A DNA stretch of 46,096 nt from an uncultured Candidatus Saccharibacteria bacterium (GCA_964554645.1 CAZKPK010000004.1:1-46096); one strand, 5' to 3'; counted from the first letter of the stretch, positions 23,978 to 32,867 are shown. Notes: generated by a model from the sequence alone, not told the origin. Numbers and translations are program-made.

Positions 23978-24048
23978 GCGGGATTAGTTTAATGGTAAAA
24001 TAACAGTTTTCCAAACTGTGGACAGGAGTCCGATTCTCCTATCCCGCA
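23978..24048 (+). tRNA. tRNA-Gly (anticodon UCC)
   Basis: GCGGGAT/ATCCCGC acceptor stem. Anticodon arm ACAGT-TTTCCAA-ACTGT. T arm AGGAG-TCCGATT-CTCCT, with C at position 55. No encoded CCA. Confidence 0.85.
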
Positions 24049-24049
24049 C

Positions 24050-24799
24050 ATGACAACAATATATCTTTATGCATTTGGAAGCGTCGTAGTGGTTAGCTGT
24101 ATTTCCTTTATCGGAATTTTTACTCTTTCTCTTAAAGAGGAGATTCTGCGCAAATATATTTTCATCTTCATCGGCCTAGCAGTGGGAGCTCTTTTGGGAG
24201 ACGCTTTGATACACCTAATTCCAGAAGCGTTTGAAAATTCTACTAACGTAACCGTAACAAGTATTTTAGTCATTGCGGGTATTCTTTTCTTTTTTATTTT
24301 AGAAAAATTTCTCCACTGGCACCATCATGGAGAAGACAAGGAAGAAGAAAGCATCCATCCCGTCGGCAGATTGATTCTCTTCTCCGATGGAATACATAAT
24401 TTTATGGATGGAATAATTATTGGGGCAAGTTTTTTGGTCAGCATCCCCATTGGATTGGCTACAACCCTGGCTGTAATATTACATGAAATACCCCAAGAAG
24501 TTGGCGATTTTGCCGTGCTCTTGCACGCTGGCTATACTAAGGGGCGGGCATTGTGGCTTAATTTTTTGTCAGCGCTCTTGGCAATTCTTGGTGTTGTAGC
24601 GCTGTTTGCTGTTGGCGAAATAGCCGAATTGTCATCTTCTTACTTTTTGCCTATTGCCGCCGGTGGATTTATATATATCGCAGTAGCGGATCTAATACCA
24701 GAACTTCATAAGACAAAAGAAGCTAGTCATTCCATATTGCAGATAGTAGCAGTCATCGCCGGGGTGTCGGCTATGGTTGCTTTAACTTTTGTTGAATAA
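24050..24799 (+). CDS. ZIP-family divalent metal transporter
   Basis: HEIPQEVGDFAVLL signature, a His-rich loop (HWHHHGEDKEEES) and multiple TM helices. Confidence 0.9.
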   Translation: MTTIYLYAFGSVVVVSCISFIGIFTLSLKEEILRKYIFIFIGLAVGALLGDALIHLIPEAFENSTNVTVTSILVIAGILFFFILEKFLHWHHHGEDKEEESIHPVGRLILFSDGIHNFMDGIIIGASFLVSIPIGLATTLAVILHEIPQEVGDFAVLLHAGYTKGRALWLNFLSALLAILGVVALFAVGEIAELSSSYFLPIAAGGFIYIAVADLIPELHKTKEASHSILQIVAVIAGVSAMVALTFVE

Positions 24800-24835
24800 A
24801 AAAGAAAAAACTCTAAAATTATATTTTTAGGGTTT

Positions 24836-26020
24836 TTAATTCGCCCAAGACCAATCCGCCCCCGGATTTCTAGCATTGAAAACTTCAAAATGAAGATGCG
24901 GTCCGGTAGAGCGGCCCGTAGAACCGACATAGCCGATAATTTCGCCTCGAGACACCGAAGCGCCAGTCTTGGTGCCTAATTTAGTCATATGCGAATAAAG
25001 AGTTTTAGTATTATTAGGATGCTGTATGATGACCATATTTCCATAACCCCCGCTCCAGCCTGTCTTAGCAATAAGAACCGTACCAGACGCAGACGCATAA
25101 ATCGGAGTGCCTTTCGGCGCGCCGATATCTATACCGCGGTTCCCCGGACCATGAAGACCTTGGGTTTTACGCCCAGTAGGCAGAGGGTTGATAAAATACC
25201 CGGCAATATTCTGTATCGTCGGACGAGTGTCATAATAATTCTTGTCTCTGGCCGGAGCCGATCCCAAATTCGGAGCAGGCTTGTCGCCTCCTTCGTCAAT
25301 CATATCGCCGCCAGGAATCATAAGTTTGTCCCCGATTACAAGCTTGGCATTTGAAGCAAGATCATTGTAAAAAGCAATGTCATTTATATCTACTTTGTAA
25401 AGTTTAGCGATACTCTGCAGTGTTTGCCCTTTGGCAACAGTATGTTCAAGGCCAGAAATGGGTAAAATGAAAAGCACATCACCTTCCATAATTTTGTCAT
25501 TTTTTTTCATGTCATTGGCCGCAAGAATTGTATTGACAGAAACACCAAACATACTGGCGATGGCGGACAAGGAATCTCCCTTCCTTACCACATAAACACT
25601 TGTTTCGAGAGAAGAAGAATCTAAAATATCCTTCCCGTCGGAAACACCCATTGGACCAGTTGCAGGTAAAAGGGCTTTGTTGGAAACTATATTGAGATTT
25701 GCACTTAGATCAGTTTTGTCGTCTTTCTTGCTATCCTTTTGCTTGTCATTTTTATCTTGAAAAACTGAGGCAGAAGAAACATTGGCCTGGAGAAGTTCCA
25801 TGGTCCCTGAAGTCTGGCTAGGTTGAGTCGAATCAACAGCGGTGGTATCTGCATAGACATCACCACCTAAAATTGAAGAGAAAAATCCAGCCTTTGCTTG
25901 CAAAGGTATAAATAAAAACACAAACAAAGCCCCGAACAATAAAAGGGAAAAAGCCAGAATAGAGCTGAATATTTTAGGTAAAGTTCTCATGATGGTACCA
26001 TCGTCCCTGATTTCAATCAT
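24836..26020 (-). CDS. LysM-domain M23 metallopeptidase (peptidoglycan hydrolase)
   Basis: Two LysM repeats (YVVRKGDSLSAIASMFGVSVNTILAAN; HTVAKGQTLQSIAKLYKVDINDIAFYN). M23 motifs HGPGNRGIDIGAP and GSTGRSTGPHLHFEV. The start is ambiguous: 26134 (tracked), 26020 or 25990. The TM helix follows MRTLPKIF. Confidence 0.85.
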   Translation of the reverse strand: MIEIRDDGTIMRTLPKIFSSILAFSLLLFGALFVFLFIPLQAKAGFFSSILGGDVYADTTAVDSTQPSQTSGTMELLQANVSSASVFQDKNDKQKDSKKDDKTDLSANLNIVSNKALLPATGPMGVSDGKDILDSSSLETSVYVVRKGDSLSAIASMFGVSVNTILAANDMKKNDKIMEGDVLFILPISGLEHTVAKGQTLQSIAKLYKVDINDIAFYNDLASNAKLVIGDKLMIPGGDMIDEGGDKPAPNLGSAPARDKNYYDTRPTIQNIAGYFINPLPTGRKTQGLHGPGNRGIDIGAPKGTPIYASASGTVLIAKTGWSGGYGNMVIIQHPNNTKTLYSHMTKLGTKTGASVSRGEIIGYVGSTGRSTGPHLHFEVFNARNPGADWSWAN

Positions 26021-26171
26021 TCTCTTTCTTAATCTGCCATTCAAAGGTACCCCCATAGAATAGTCAAAAATATGCCAAAAGTCAATTGTCGTGTGGATAA
26101 CCGATCTTGGGAAAAACATATATTTTTGCCCCAATAAAAAGGTTTTTTTCCTGTGTGCTAATATGGTATAA

Positions 26172-28280
26172 GTGGAAAATCATTTAAAAGGATTAAATAA
26201 AGAACAAAAAGAAGCAGCGACTCATACAAAGGGTCCGCTCCTTATTGTCGCTGGAGCGGGCGCGGGGAAAACTAAAACAATAACGCACAGAATCGTGAAT
26301 TTAATAAAGAAAGGGGTTTCTCCAGAACGCATTTTAGCTGTCACTTTCACCAATAAAGCAGCTAAGGAGATGCGGGAACGCATTGTGGCGGAAATTAAAA
26401 AAAATGCAAAAGGCCAAGAAAAAATTCCATTTGTCAGCACTTTTCACTCTCTGGGAGTTTATATCATAAAAGAAAATGCCAGATTGTTGGGATTAACGAA
26501 GTATTTTACTATTTTGGATGAAGGAGACACAACTTCGCTCATAAAAGAAACACTGAAAGAGCTTGAAATAGATCCAAAACAATACGATCCCCAGAAAATA
26601 AAAAATATAATCAGCCGGGAAAAAGGGAAATTTGTGCATTCATTCGACTACGCGGAAAAGGAAAATAGTGGGACAAATCCATTTCTAAAAATTGTGGCGC
26701 AAGTTTGGAACTTGTATGAAAAGAAAAAAGCCAAAGAGAATTCATTGGATTTTGATGATCTGCTTTTAAAAGCCACAAAGCTGTTGGAAGAAAATAAGGA
26801 CATCAGAAAAATATATCAAGAAAAATGGGAGTATATCCATATCGATGAATATCAAGATACCAATGAGGTGCAATATTTGATGTCCAAAATGTTGGCGGAG
26901 AATAACAAAAATATCTGCGTGGTGGGAGATGCCGATCAAAATATATATTCTTGGCGCGGGGCAAATTTAAAAAATATCTTAAGTTTTGAAAAAGATTATC
27001 CGAATGCCAAAATAATTTTATTGGAAGAAAATTATCGATCAACCAAGAATATTCTGGAAGTGGCGAATGAAATAATAAAAAAGAATGTATCTAGGCCGGA
27101 TAAAAATTTATTTACAAAAAATAAAAACGGGGAGAAAATCGGCCTTTACGAAGCGCTGAATGAAAATGACGAAGCTGATTTTGTCGCGACAAAAATTTTG
27201 GAAATATCGGATAGTGAGCCGGATTCTATTTTGTCGGGGTCGCTGTCTCCGCGTGCTCGCGGAGCGCTGCCTCTCGGCCCGTCGACCTGCGAGACACCCC
27301 GCCAAAACAAATCCGGCTCACTATCCGAAATCGCTGTCCTTTACCGCGCGAATTTCCAATCCCGAGCGCTGGAAGAAGCGATGCTTCGATACAATATCCC
27401 ATATCAAGTTCTGGGTATTAAATTCTTTGAAAGAAAAGAAATTAAAGACACTTTGGCATATCTGCGCGCGGCATTAAACAGAGACAGTCTTTCCGACATA
27501 AAACGAATAATAAATTTTCCGACGCGAGGTATTGGCAAAGTTACTTTACTTAAAATTTTTGCTGGTGAAAAAGAAAGTCTGCCGATAAAAGTAAAAATTA
27601 AAATTGATAATTTTTATAAAACACTAGAAGAGATAAAAGAAAAAATCCATACTTCCAAAACAAGCGAAGTAATAAAATTCGTAGTCAAAAAATCCGGCAT
27701 TGAAGCAGAACTTTCTTCGGGCACTGAAGAAGACAGAGAGAGGCTTGAAAATATAAAAGAACTCGCCACACTGGCGCTTAAATACGACAGTCTAGAAAAT
27801 GCAAAAGAAAATGCTCAAGGCATAGAAAAGCTTTTAGAGGACGCTTCTCTGGCATCAGATCAAGACTCATTAATCATTAATAGTGAGCAAGGGGAGTCCT
27901 TGCTCAAAAATAATGCCGTGAAGCTGATGACTGTGCATGCTTCAAAAGGGCTCGAATTTAAGCGCGTTTTTATTACGGGATTGGAAGACGGGCTTTTTCC
28001 TCACCAAAGACGTGATAAAGATAGTCCCGCCTCCGCTCAAGGCTTCGGCGAGGCGCAGGAAGAAGAACGCAGGCTTTTTTATGTGGCAATTACTCGCGCC
28101 AAAGAAAAATTATTTCTTTCGTTTGCGAATTTTCGCGCCATTTTCGGCTCACGCATTATCAATACTCCATCAGAATTTCTTTCGGATATTCCAGCAAATT
28201 TGTTGGAAAGGGACCTGCCCGCCAAAGCCTTCGGCCTTAGGCGATGGCAGGCGGGAGGAGAAAAAGATATTAATTTTTAA
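26172..28280 (+). CDS. uvrD: UvrD/PcrA-family ATP-dependent DNA helicase
   Basis: Walker A AGAGAGKTKT, DEYQDTN, VGDADQNIYSWRGA, VHASKGLEF, YVAITRAKEKL. GTG start. Contains an in-frame palindromic insert (27207-27328). Confidence 0.93.
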   Translation: MENHLKGLNKEQKEAATHTKGPLLIVAGAGAGKTKTITHRIVNLIKKGVSPERILAVTFTNKAAKEMRERIVAEIKKNAKGQEKIPFVSTFHSLGVYIIKENARLLGLTKYFTILDEGDTTSLIKETLKELEIDPKQYDPQKIKNIISREKGKFVHSFDYAEKENSGTNPFLKIVAQVWNLYEKKKAKENSLDFDDLLLKATKLLEENKDIRKIYQEKWEYIHIDEYQDTNEVQYLMSKMLAENNKNICVVGDADQNIYSWRGANLKNILSFEKDYPNAKIILLEENYRSTKNILEVANEIIKKNVSRPDKNLFTKNKNGEKIGLYEALNENDEADFVATKILEISDSEPDSILSGSLSPRARGALPLGPSTCETPRQNKSGSLSEIAVLYRANFQSRALEEAMLRYNIPYQVLGIKFFERKEIKDTLAYLRAALNRDSLSDIKRIINFPTRGIGKVTLLKIFAGEKESLPIKVKIKIDNFYKTLEEIKEKIHTSKTSEVIKFVVKKSGIEAELSSGTEEDRERLENIKELATLALKYDSLENAKENAQGIEKLLEDASLASDQDSLIINSEQGESLLKNNAVKLMTVHASKGLEFKRVFITGLEDGLFPHQRRDKDSPASAQGFGEAQEEERRLFYVAITRAKEKLFLSFANFRAIFGSRIINTPSEFLSDIPANLLERDLPAKAFGLRRWQAGGEKDINF
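27207..27328. repeat. 122-nt imperfect palindromic element in frame in uvrD
   Basis: Arms tcggatagtgagccggatt...ttttgtcggggt / accccgccaaaa...aatccggctcactatccga. Inner stem ctccgcg-tgct-cgcggag. Encodes SDSEPDSILSGSLSPRARGALPLGPSTCETPRQNKSGSLSE. Confidence 0.65.
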
Positions 28281-28284
28281 AATT

Positions 28285-29346
28285 ATGAAAATCCATAAAC
28301 CAAAAAAATCACTGGGGCTAAAAACCATAAACGGTTTCTCCCGAGCCAAAAAGGCTTTAGGGCTAAAAACCATAAACGGTTTCGCCCGAGCCAAAAAGGC
28401 TTTAGGGCAAAAAACCATAAACGGTTTCGCCCGAGCCAAAAAGGCTTTAGGGCAAAATTTTTTGAAGTCAGAAATAGCGTTGCAAAAAATTATTGAAGCG
28501 GGAGAAATAAAAAAAGACGATGTGATCTTGGAAATAGGACCAGGTCGGGGAGCGCTCACGGAGAAGTTGTTAGAAAGAACCAATTGTGTTATTGCTGTAG
28601 AAAAAGACCGCGAGCTTTTTGAATTTTTAAAAATAAAATTTAAAAAAGACATCGAGAACAATACTCTCATACTAGTATGCGAGGATATACTCCAATTTAA
28701 TATAAGCGAAACGGTTTCAAGTTTTTTGAATGGTCTGGCTGGGGTAGGGGACCCAGAGAACCGAGGACCTGAAAAAAATTTGAAACCGTTTCGCTACAAA
28801 ATTATTGCCAACATTCCTTATAACATTACTGGAGCGATTTTAAAAAAATTCCTAACAGAAAAAAACCAGCCAAAAGTTATGGTGCTGATGGTTCAGCACG
28901 AAGTCGCGATGAGAATACTCGCCCGCGATCGGAAAGAAAGCCTGCTTTCAATTTCAGTCAAGGCGTATGGGGAACCAAAAATGATTGCGAAGGTTGATAA
29001 AAGATATTTCAAACCGGCGCCAAAGGTGAACTCGGCAATAATCTCCATAAAAAATATTTCTCGCAGGATATTTAATTCTCCTCTTGAGGAGTACCCTTTA
29101 GGGGGAGGAGGACGAATTCTTCCACCTCGACCCGATGGTCATCGGGTCACCCCTCAAGAGGGGAATGTCAACGAAGAAAAATTTTGGGAAATAGTGAGGG
29201 TGGGTTTTGCGCACAAGAGAAAAAAGCTTTCCAGCAACCTGAAAATCTTACTAAAAAACGGAAGCCTTGCTTCCGTTTTAGACCTAGGAAATAAAAGAGC
29301 GGAAGATTTGACGCTTGCAGACTGGATTTCTTTGGCTAAAGCCTAG
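28285..29346 (+). CDS. rsmA: 16S rRNA (adenine1518/1519-N6)-dimethyltransferase RsmA/KsgA, with three in-frame repeat insertions
   Basis: KKALGQNFL, ILEIGPGRGALTEKL (SAM motif), IIANIPYNIT, FAHKRKKL. The start is set at ATG 28285; the tracked start at 27937 lies inside uvrD. Confidence 0.92.
   Translation: MKIHKPKKSLGLKTINGFSRAKKALGLKTINGFARAKKALGQKTINGFARAKKALGQNFLKSEIALQKIIEAGEIKKDDVILEIGPGRGALTEKLLERTNCVIAVEKDRELFEFLKIKFKKDIENNTLILVCEDILQFNISETVSSFLNGLAGVGDPENRGPEKNLKPFRYKIIANIPYNITGAILKKFLTEKNQPKVMVLMVQHEVAMRILARDRKESLLSISVKAYGEPKMIAKVDKRYFKPAPKVNSAIISIKNISRRIFNSPLEEYPLGGGGRILPPRPDGHRVTPQEGNVNEEKFWEIVRVGFAHKRKKLSSNLKILLKNGSLASVLDLGNKRAEDLTLADWISLAKA
28316..28450 (+). repeat. Tandem repeat, 3 x 45 bp, in frame at the RsmA N-terminus
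   Basis: Units 28316-28360, 28361-28405 and 28406-28450 (ggc[t/a]aaaaaccataaacggtttc[t/g]cccgagccaaaaaggctttag). They encode G[L/Q]KTINGF[S/A]RAKKAL three times, directly before the conserved GQNFL. Confidence 0.9.
28705..28795. repeat. 91-nt inverted-repeat (MITE-like) element in frame in rsmA
   Basis: Arms agcgaaacggtttcaagtttttt / aaaaaaatttgaaaccgtttcgct (16 perfect bp plus a T/A run). GC-rich core ggggtaggggacccagagaaccgagg. Encodes ETVSSFLNGLAGVGDPENRGPEKNLKPF. Confidence 0.7.
29074..29166 (+). repeat. Palindromic repeat element family, copy 1 (93 nt = 31 codons, in frame in rsmA)
   Basis: aattctcctcttgaggag...gacccgatggtcatcgggtc...cccctcaagaggggaat. The termini are inverted repeats. 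Encodes NSPLEEYPLGGGGRILPPRPDGHRVTPQEGN. Confidence 0.8.
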
Positions 29347-29435
29347 CGCCTAAAGCCTAATTGGAGTATAATTAACCCATAACTAAATTAGATTGGTTAA
29401 AACAAAAGAGAACACTTTGGATTGCTTTTGCAGTA

Positions 29436-30323
29436 GTGTTTATTGTTGCGCTTTTTCTTCTAAAAACGACATCAGTATTTGAAAACAAGGAAACATATAA
29501 GGGAGCTGGTCAAAAAAACGGGTTAACTTATGGCAATGTCACAATCAAAGATTTAGTAAATAAAGATACCGACGGCGACGGAATATTGGATTGGGAAGAA
29601 AGCTTGTGGGGAACGGATCCAGCTAAAAAAGAAACCACTCCCGGAACACCGGATAAAGTGGCAATAGAAAATCTAAAAAAACAAACGGGACAAAACCAGC
29701 AAGGACTACCCTTGCTGAAAGAAAATAGTCAAGGTATAGAAAATTTAACTAAAACCGACCAGTTTTCCAGAGAACTTTTTAGCACCATCGCCACCTTGAA
29801 CCAAAATGGAATTGTGGACCAAGCGACCATAGATAAATTGGGAGCTTCTTTGGCCGAAAAAATCCAAAATCCCGTCATTAGAAAAGTTTTTTCAATTTCC
29901 GAAATGAAGATAATAAACGACAACAGTATTCAAGCTTTTACAAATTACAGTAATACTTTAAATAGCATTTTCCAAAAATACCCAACCACTTATTCAGTAT
30001 TGGATGTATTGCAAGAATTTATAATTGATGAAAACAATGTTGATATTAGCGCGCTAAAAAAACTTGACCCAATTGTGGAACAATCAAATAAAGTGATAAT
30101 TGCGATGATAAAAATGAGTGTGCCACAATCCATTTCAATAGCACATTTAAATTTCATAAATGCGCTGGAAAGATTAGTGGAAAATGTAAATGACATAAAA
30201 CTTTATGAGACTGACGCTATCGTGGCTTTGGGTGGCATAAGTAAATATCAAGAAAAGACCACTCAATTAGAATCAAGCCTCAATAATCTCATAAATGCAA
30301 TCGAACAAAAATTGAAGAACTGA
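29436..30323 (+). CDS. Hypothetical membrane-anchored protein with a DxDxDG calcium-binding-like motif (first gene of the T4SS-like cluster)
   Basis: GTG start inside a hydrophobic segment. The frame is open from 29376 (..KQKRTLWIAFAVVFIVALFLL) but holds no canonical start upstream. DTDGDGILDWEESLWGTDP motif; the rest appears helical. Confidence 0.45.
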   Translation: MFIVALFLLKTTSVFENKETYKGAGQKNGLTYGNVTIKDLVNKDTDGDGILDWEESLWGTDPAKKETTPGTPDKVAIENLKKQTGQNQQGLPLLKENSQGIENLTKTDQFSRELFSTIATLNQNGIVDQATIDKLGASLAEKIQNPVIRKVFSISEMKIINDNSIQAFTNYSNTLNSIFQKYPTTYSVLDVLQEFIIDENNVDISALKKLDPIVEQSNKVIIAMIKMSVPQSISIAHLNFINALERLVENVNDIKLYETDAIVALGGISKYQEKTTQLESSLNNLINAIEQKLKN

Positions 30324-30350
30324 GTGAAAAATCATATAATAAATGACAAA

Positions 30351-32822
30351 ATGACAGCTAAAAATAAAACAATAAAACTCATTTCCGCTTTTCTGATTAT
30401 CTCTATGATCGCGCCCACTGTTTTACTTTCTGTACCTAAAAAAGCAAACGCATTCGGCTTTATAGTATATGATCCAACGAATACAGCTGTAGCCACAAAA
30501 AATTCAATTGGTAACTGGATATCCAAAGCCTTTAACGCTATAACCTCAAAAGCAACGACAATAAGTGCCCTAAAAGACACTAAAGAATGGGCGGCGTGGC
30601 TTCTTACTACGACACTTAGAACAGTCGCAAAAGCAGTCTTAGCAAGAATGACTCAAGCCACCATAAACTGGATTAACTCCGATTTCCACGGTTCGCCTCT
30701 TTTCATAGAAAATCCAGAATCTTTCTTTAGAGACATAGCTAAATCAGAATTGAGGAGGTTGGTAGATGCGATCGGTTACGATACTTTTAGATTTCCTTTC
30801 GGTAAACAAACCGCGCTCAATGTCATATCAAGTTATAAAAGACAACTTGCGGACAATGCGGCATATACATTGAGTAATGTAATAAACGACCCCGACCTGC
30901 TTCGCCAATACAGAAATGATTTCAATTACGGAGGGTGGAATGGATTTCTGATAAATACGCAGTATCCACAAAATAATTATTTAGGATTCAATATGATTAT
31001 AGAGCAAAATCTCGCAAGTAGACTGCAGGGAACATTGGTGGCGCCGGCGCAGAAAATACAAAATCTCTTGCAACAAGGAATGGGCTTTTTGTCTCCGCAA
31101 ACTTGTCCAAGCAATCCAAGATATAACAATGGTGTAAATGAATTTTTACAACCGAGCTTTAATGATTCTAAATATGACAAAGAGCATCCTTTCGACCCAA
31201 GCACAGGGGCTAGCGGATCTTTGCAATGGTCTAACGCAAAAGACCAAGCAAAAGCAAGGTGGACTTTTGATAATACCTGCCCAGGCGGTTTAGTAAATAC
31301 TACTCCCGGTTCGGTGGCGGCAAATCAAATAATGACTGCAATGAGTTCAAATTTTAGACAAAGCGAACTCGCGACAGCATTTGGTAATAGCTTATCAGCT
31401 ATTTTTGACGCTCTGATAAATCACTTTTTCGATAAAGGATTAAACGCGCTTGCAGAAACAATCAGCCCCGCGCCTTCGGAAGACAACTGGAGTTATGACG
31501 GAAGCACTCTCGGTGGCGCGACAACATACACCGCTCCTGGAATCAGCGCTTTAAGAATCCCGCAAAATGTTACCGCCACTGTCGGTCAAGTAACCAGCAC
31601 AATGATATCCGGTGGCACCGCGCCTTATAGAATTCAAGATTTTGAACGAAACCGAATAAATCCATCAGTGGCAACCGCCCAAATTTCTGCTTCCGGTCCT
31701 TCCGGCCCCACTCTCACGGTCACTGGCATCGCGCCGGGTCAAACTCTTGTTGTAGTTGAAGATTCATCTAATCCAGTCCAAACTGTTACCGTGCAAATTG
31801 CAATAAATGCTATCGGGGCTTTAACAGTGATCCCACACGATATTTTAACCGATCTTAGTCATCCAATTAGCGCAATCATCTCGGGCGGTGAAGGACCTTA
31901 TTTTCTGCGAATAGGCCCCAATGAAGCGGTGGCCATAGCGGACTTTGCCGGCGCGAACTTGATCGTAAGCGGTATTGAGAGGGGTAATACTTTTATGGTA
32001 ATTGAAGATTCGTCTTTCCCAATCAAAAAAACTACCACTGTCCAAATTACAATAAATGGTCCTGGAGATTTAATCATTCCACAAAATGTTTTGGTTAATG
32101 TTGGTCAGGTGACCAGCGTACCCATAACTGGCGGCACAGAACCTTATCTTGTCACGGACCAACAAGATATCAGAATAGCAACTGGTCAAATCTTTAACGC
32201 TGTTCAAAACACTCCAGCCGCTCTTAAAATAACCGGTATTACGGCGGGCGAAACAGCAATCGTCATTAAAGATTCATCCAGTCCGATTAAAATCGCCAAC
32301 ATAAATATTACAGTAATTGACAATAGAACTTTAATAGTCACTCCGCAAAATATTTCAGCCAGTGTCGGTCAAACGACCATTGCAACCGCATCCGGCGGCG
32401 CGGCGCCTTACAGCCTAAAAACTTCGCCGAATGAAACAGTGGCAACCAGCCAAATTTGGGGTTCCAATATCTTGATCGCCGGTGTCGCTCCGGGTCAAAC
32501 TTCGGTTATCGTTAAAGATTCGTCAACACCCGCTCAAACTGTTACTGTTCCAATCATTATCGGATCGCTGATGATCGCCCCGCAAAATGCTTCTTTTGGC
32601 ATCAGTCAGGCAACTAGCCTAACCATCTCCGGCGGTATGGCGCCTTACAGCATAGAAACTCCGCCCGGCGCGGAAGTGGCGACTGCTCAAATTTTCAATA
32701 ATGGCCAAAGCGCCTCCGCCACCCTCACGATTGTTGGCGTTGCGTCGGGCCAAACTTCGGTTATCGTTAAAGATTCGTCAACACCCGCCAAGACCGCCGG
32801 CATCCAGGTGGTGATAAATTAG
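30351..32822 (+). CDS. Large surface protein: N-terminal TM/signal, ~400-aa domain, then five ~83-aa Ig-like tandem repeats
   Basis: ATG 30351 (MTAKNKTIKLISAFLIISMIAPTVLLSVPKKANA); the tracked GTG at 30324 directly abuts the upstream TGA. Repeats from about 31557 each contain PQN..VGQ.T...SGG.APY ... G.APGQT.V.V.DSS.P. Confidence 0.6.
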   Translation: MTAKNKTIKLISAFLIISMIAPTVLLSVPKKANAFGFIVYDPTNTAVATKNSIGNWISKAFNAITSKATTISALKDTKEWAAWLLTTTLRTVAKAVLARMTQATINWINSDFHGSPLFIENPESFFRDIAKSELRRLVDAIGYDTFRFPFGKQTALNVISSYKRQLADNAAYTLSNVINDPDLLRQYRNDFNYGGWNGFLINTQYPQNNYLGFNMIIEQNLASRLQGTLVAPAQKIQNLLQQGMGFLSPQTCPSNPRYNNGVNEFLQPSFNDSKYDKEHPFDPSTGASGSLQWSNAKDQAKARWTFDNTCPGGLVNTTPGSVAANQIMTAMSSNFRQSELATAFGNSLSAIFDALINHFFDKGLNALAETISPAPSEDNWSYDGSTLGGATTYTAPGISALRIPQNVTATVGQVTSTMISGGTAPYRIQDFERNRINPSVATAQISASGPSGPTLTVTGIAPGQTLVVVEDSSNPVQTVTVQIAINAIGALTVIPHDILTDLSHPISAIISGGEGPYFLRIGPNEAVAIADFAGANLIVSGIERGNTFMVIEDSSFPIKKTTTVQITINGPGDLIIPQNVLVNVGQVTSVPITGGTEPYLVTDQQDIRIATGQIFNAVQNTPAALKITGITAGETAIVIKDSSSPIKIANINITVIDNRTLIVTPQNISASVGQTTIATASGGAAPYSLKTSPNETVATSQIWGSNILIAGVAPGQTSVIVKDSSTPAQTVTVPIIIGSLMIAPQNASFGISQATSLTISGGMAPYSIETPPGAEVATAQIFNNGQSASATLTIVGVASGQTSVIVKDSSTPAKTAGIQVVIN

Positions 32823-32867
32823 AGAGTTACCGTCGGGCTTTTTAGCCCGCTGGTAATTTGAAAAAAT

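Noticed and set aside
28020-28262. Two further GC-rich segments in uvrD (PASAQGFGEAQ around 28030-28065, and the C-terminal LPAKAFGLRRWQAGG around 28210-28260), considered as additional palindromic inserts
   Set aside because: Only short or imperfect stems are present (cccgcc/ggcggg, gcc-ttc-ggc). That is not convincing enough to call them elements without a genome-wide repeat search.
27937-28284. The N-terminal 116-aa extension of the tracked ORF 27937-29346
   Set aside because: It overlaps the 3' end of uvrD in another frame. The RsmA homology (KK.LGQNFL) begins after ATG 28285.
28316-28450. Tandem repeats considered as a possible mini-CRISPR array
   Set aside because: The units are directly abutting with no spacers, are 45 bp long, are in frame within rsmA, and no cas genes are present.
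28170-28670. A 166-aa minus-strand ORF with a repeated AFLARAKPFMVF peptide
   Set aside because: It is the antisense reading of the 45-bp tandem repeat and of the rsmA 5' region. rsmA on the plus strand explains the sequence.
30321-30326. TGA at 30321 immediately followed by GTG, considered as a possible UGA=Gly recoding (genetic code 25) that would fuse ORFs 29436 and 30324
   Set aside because: Other well-delimited genes end at TGA at their expected length (for example yraN at 22304-22306). Conserved proteins show no in-frame TGA. Standard code 11 fits.
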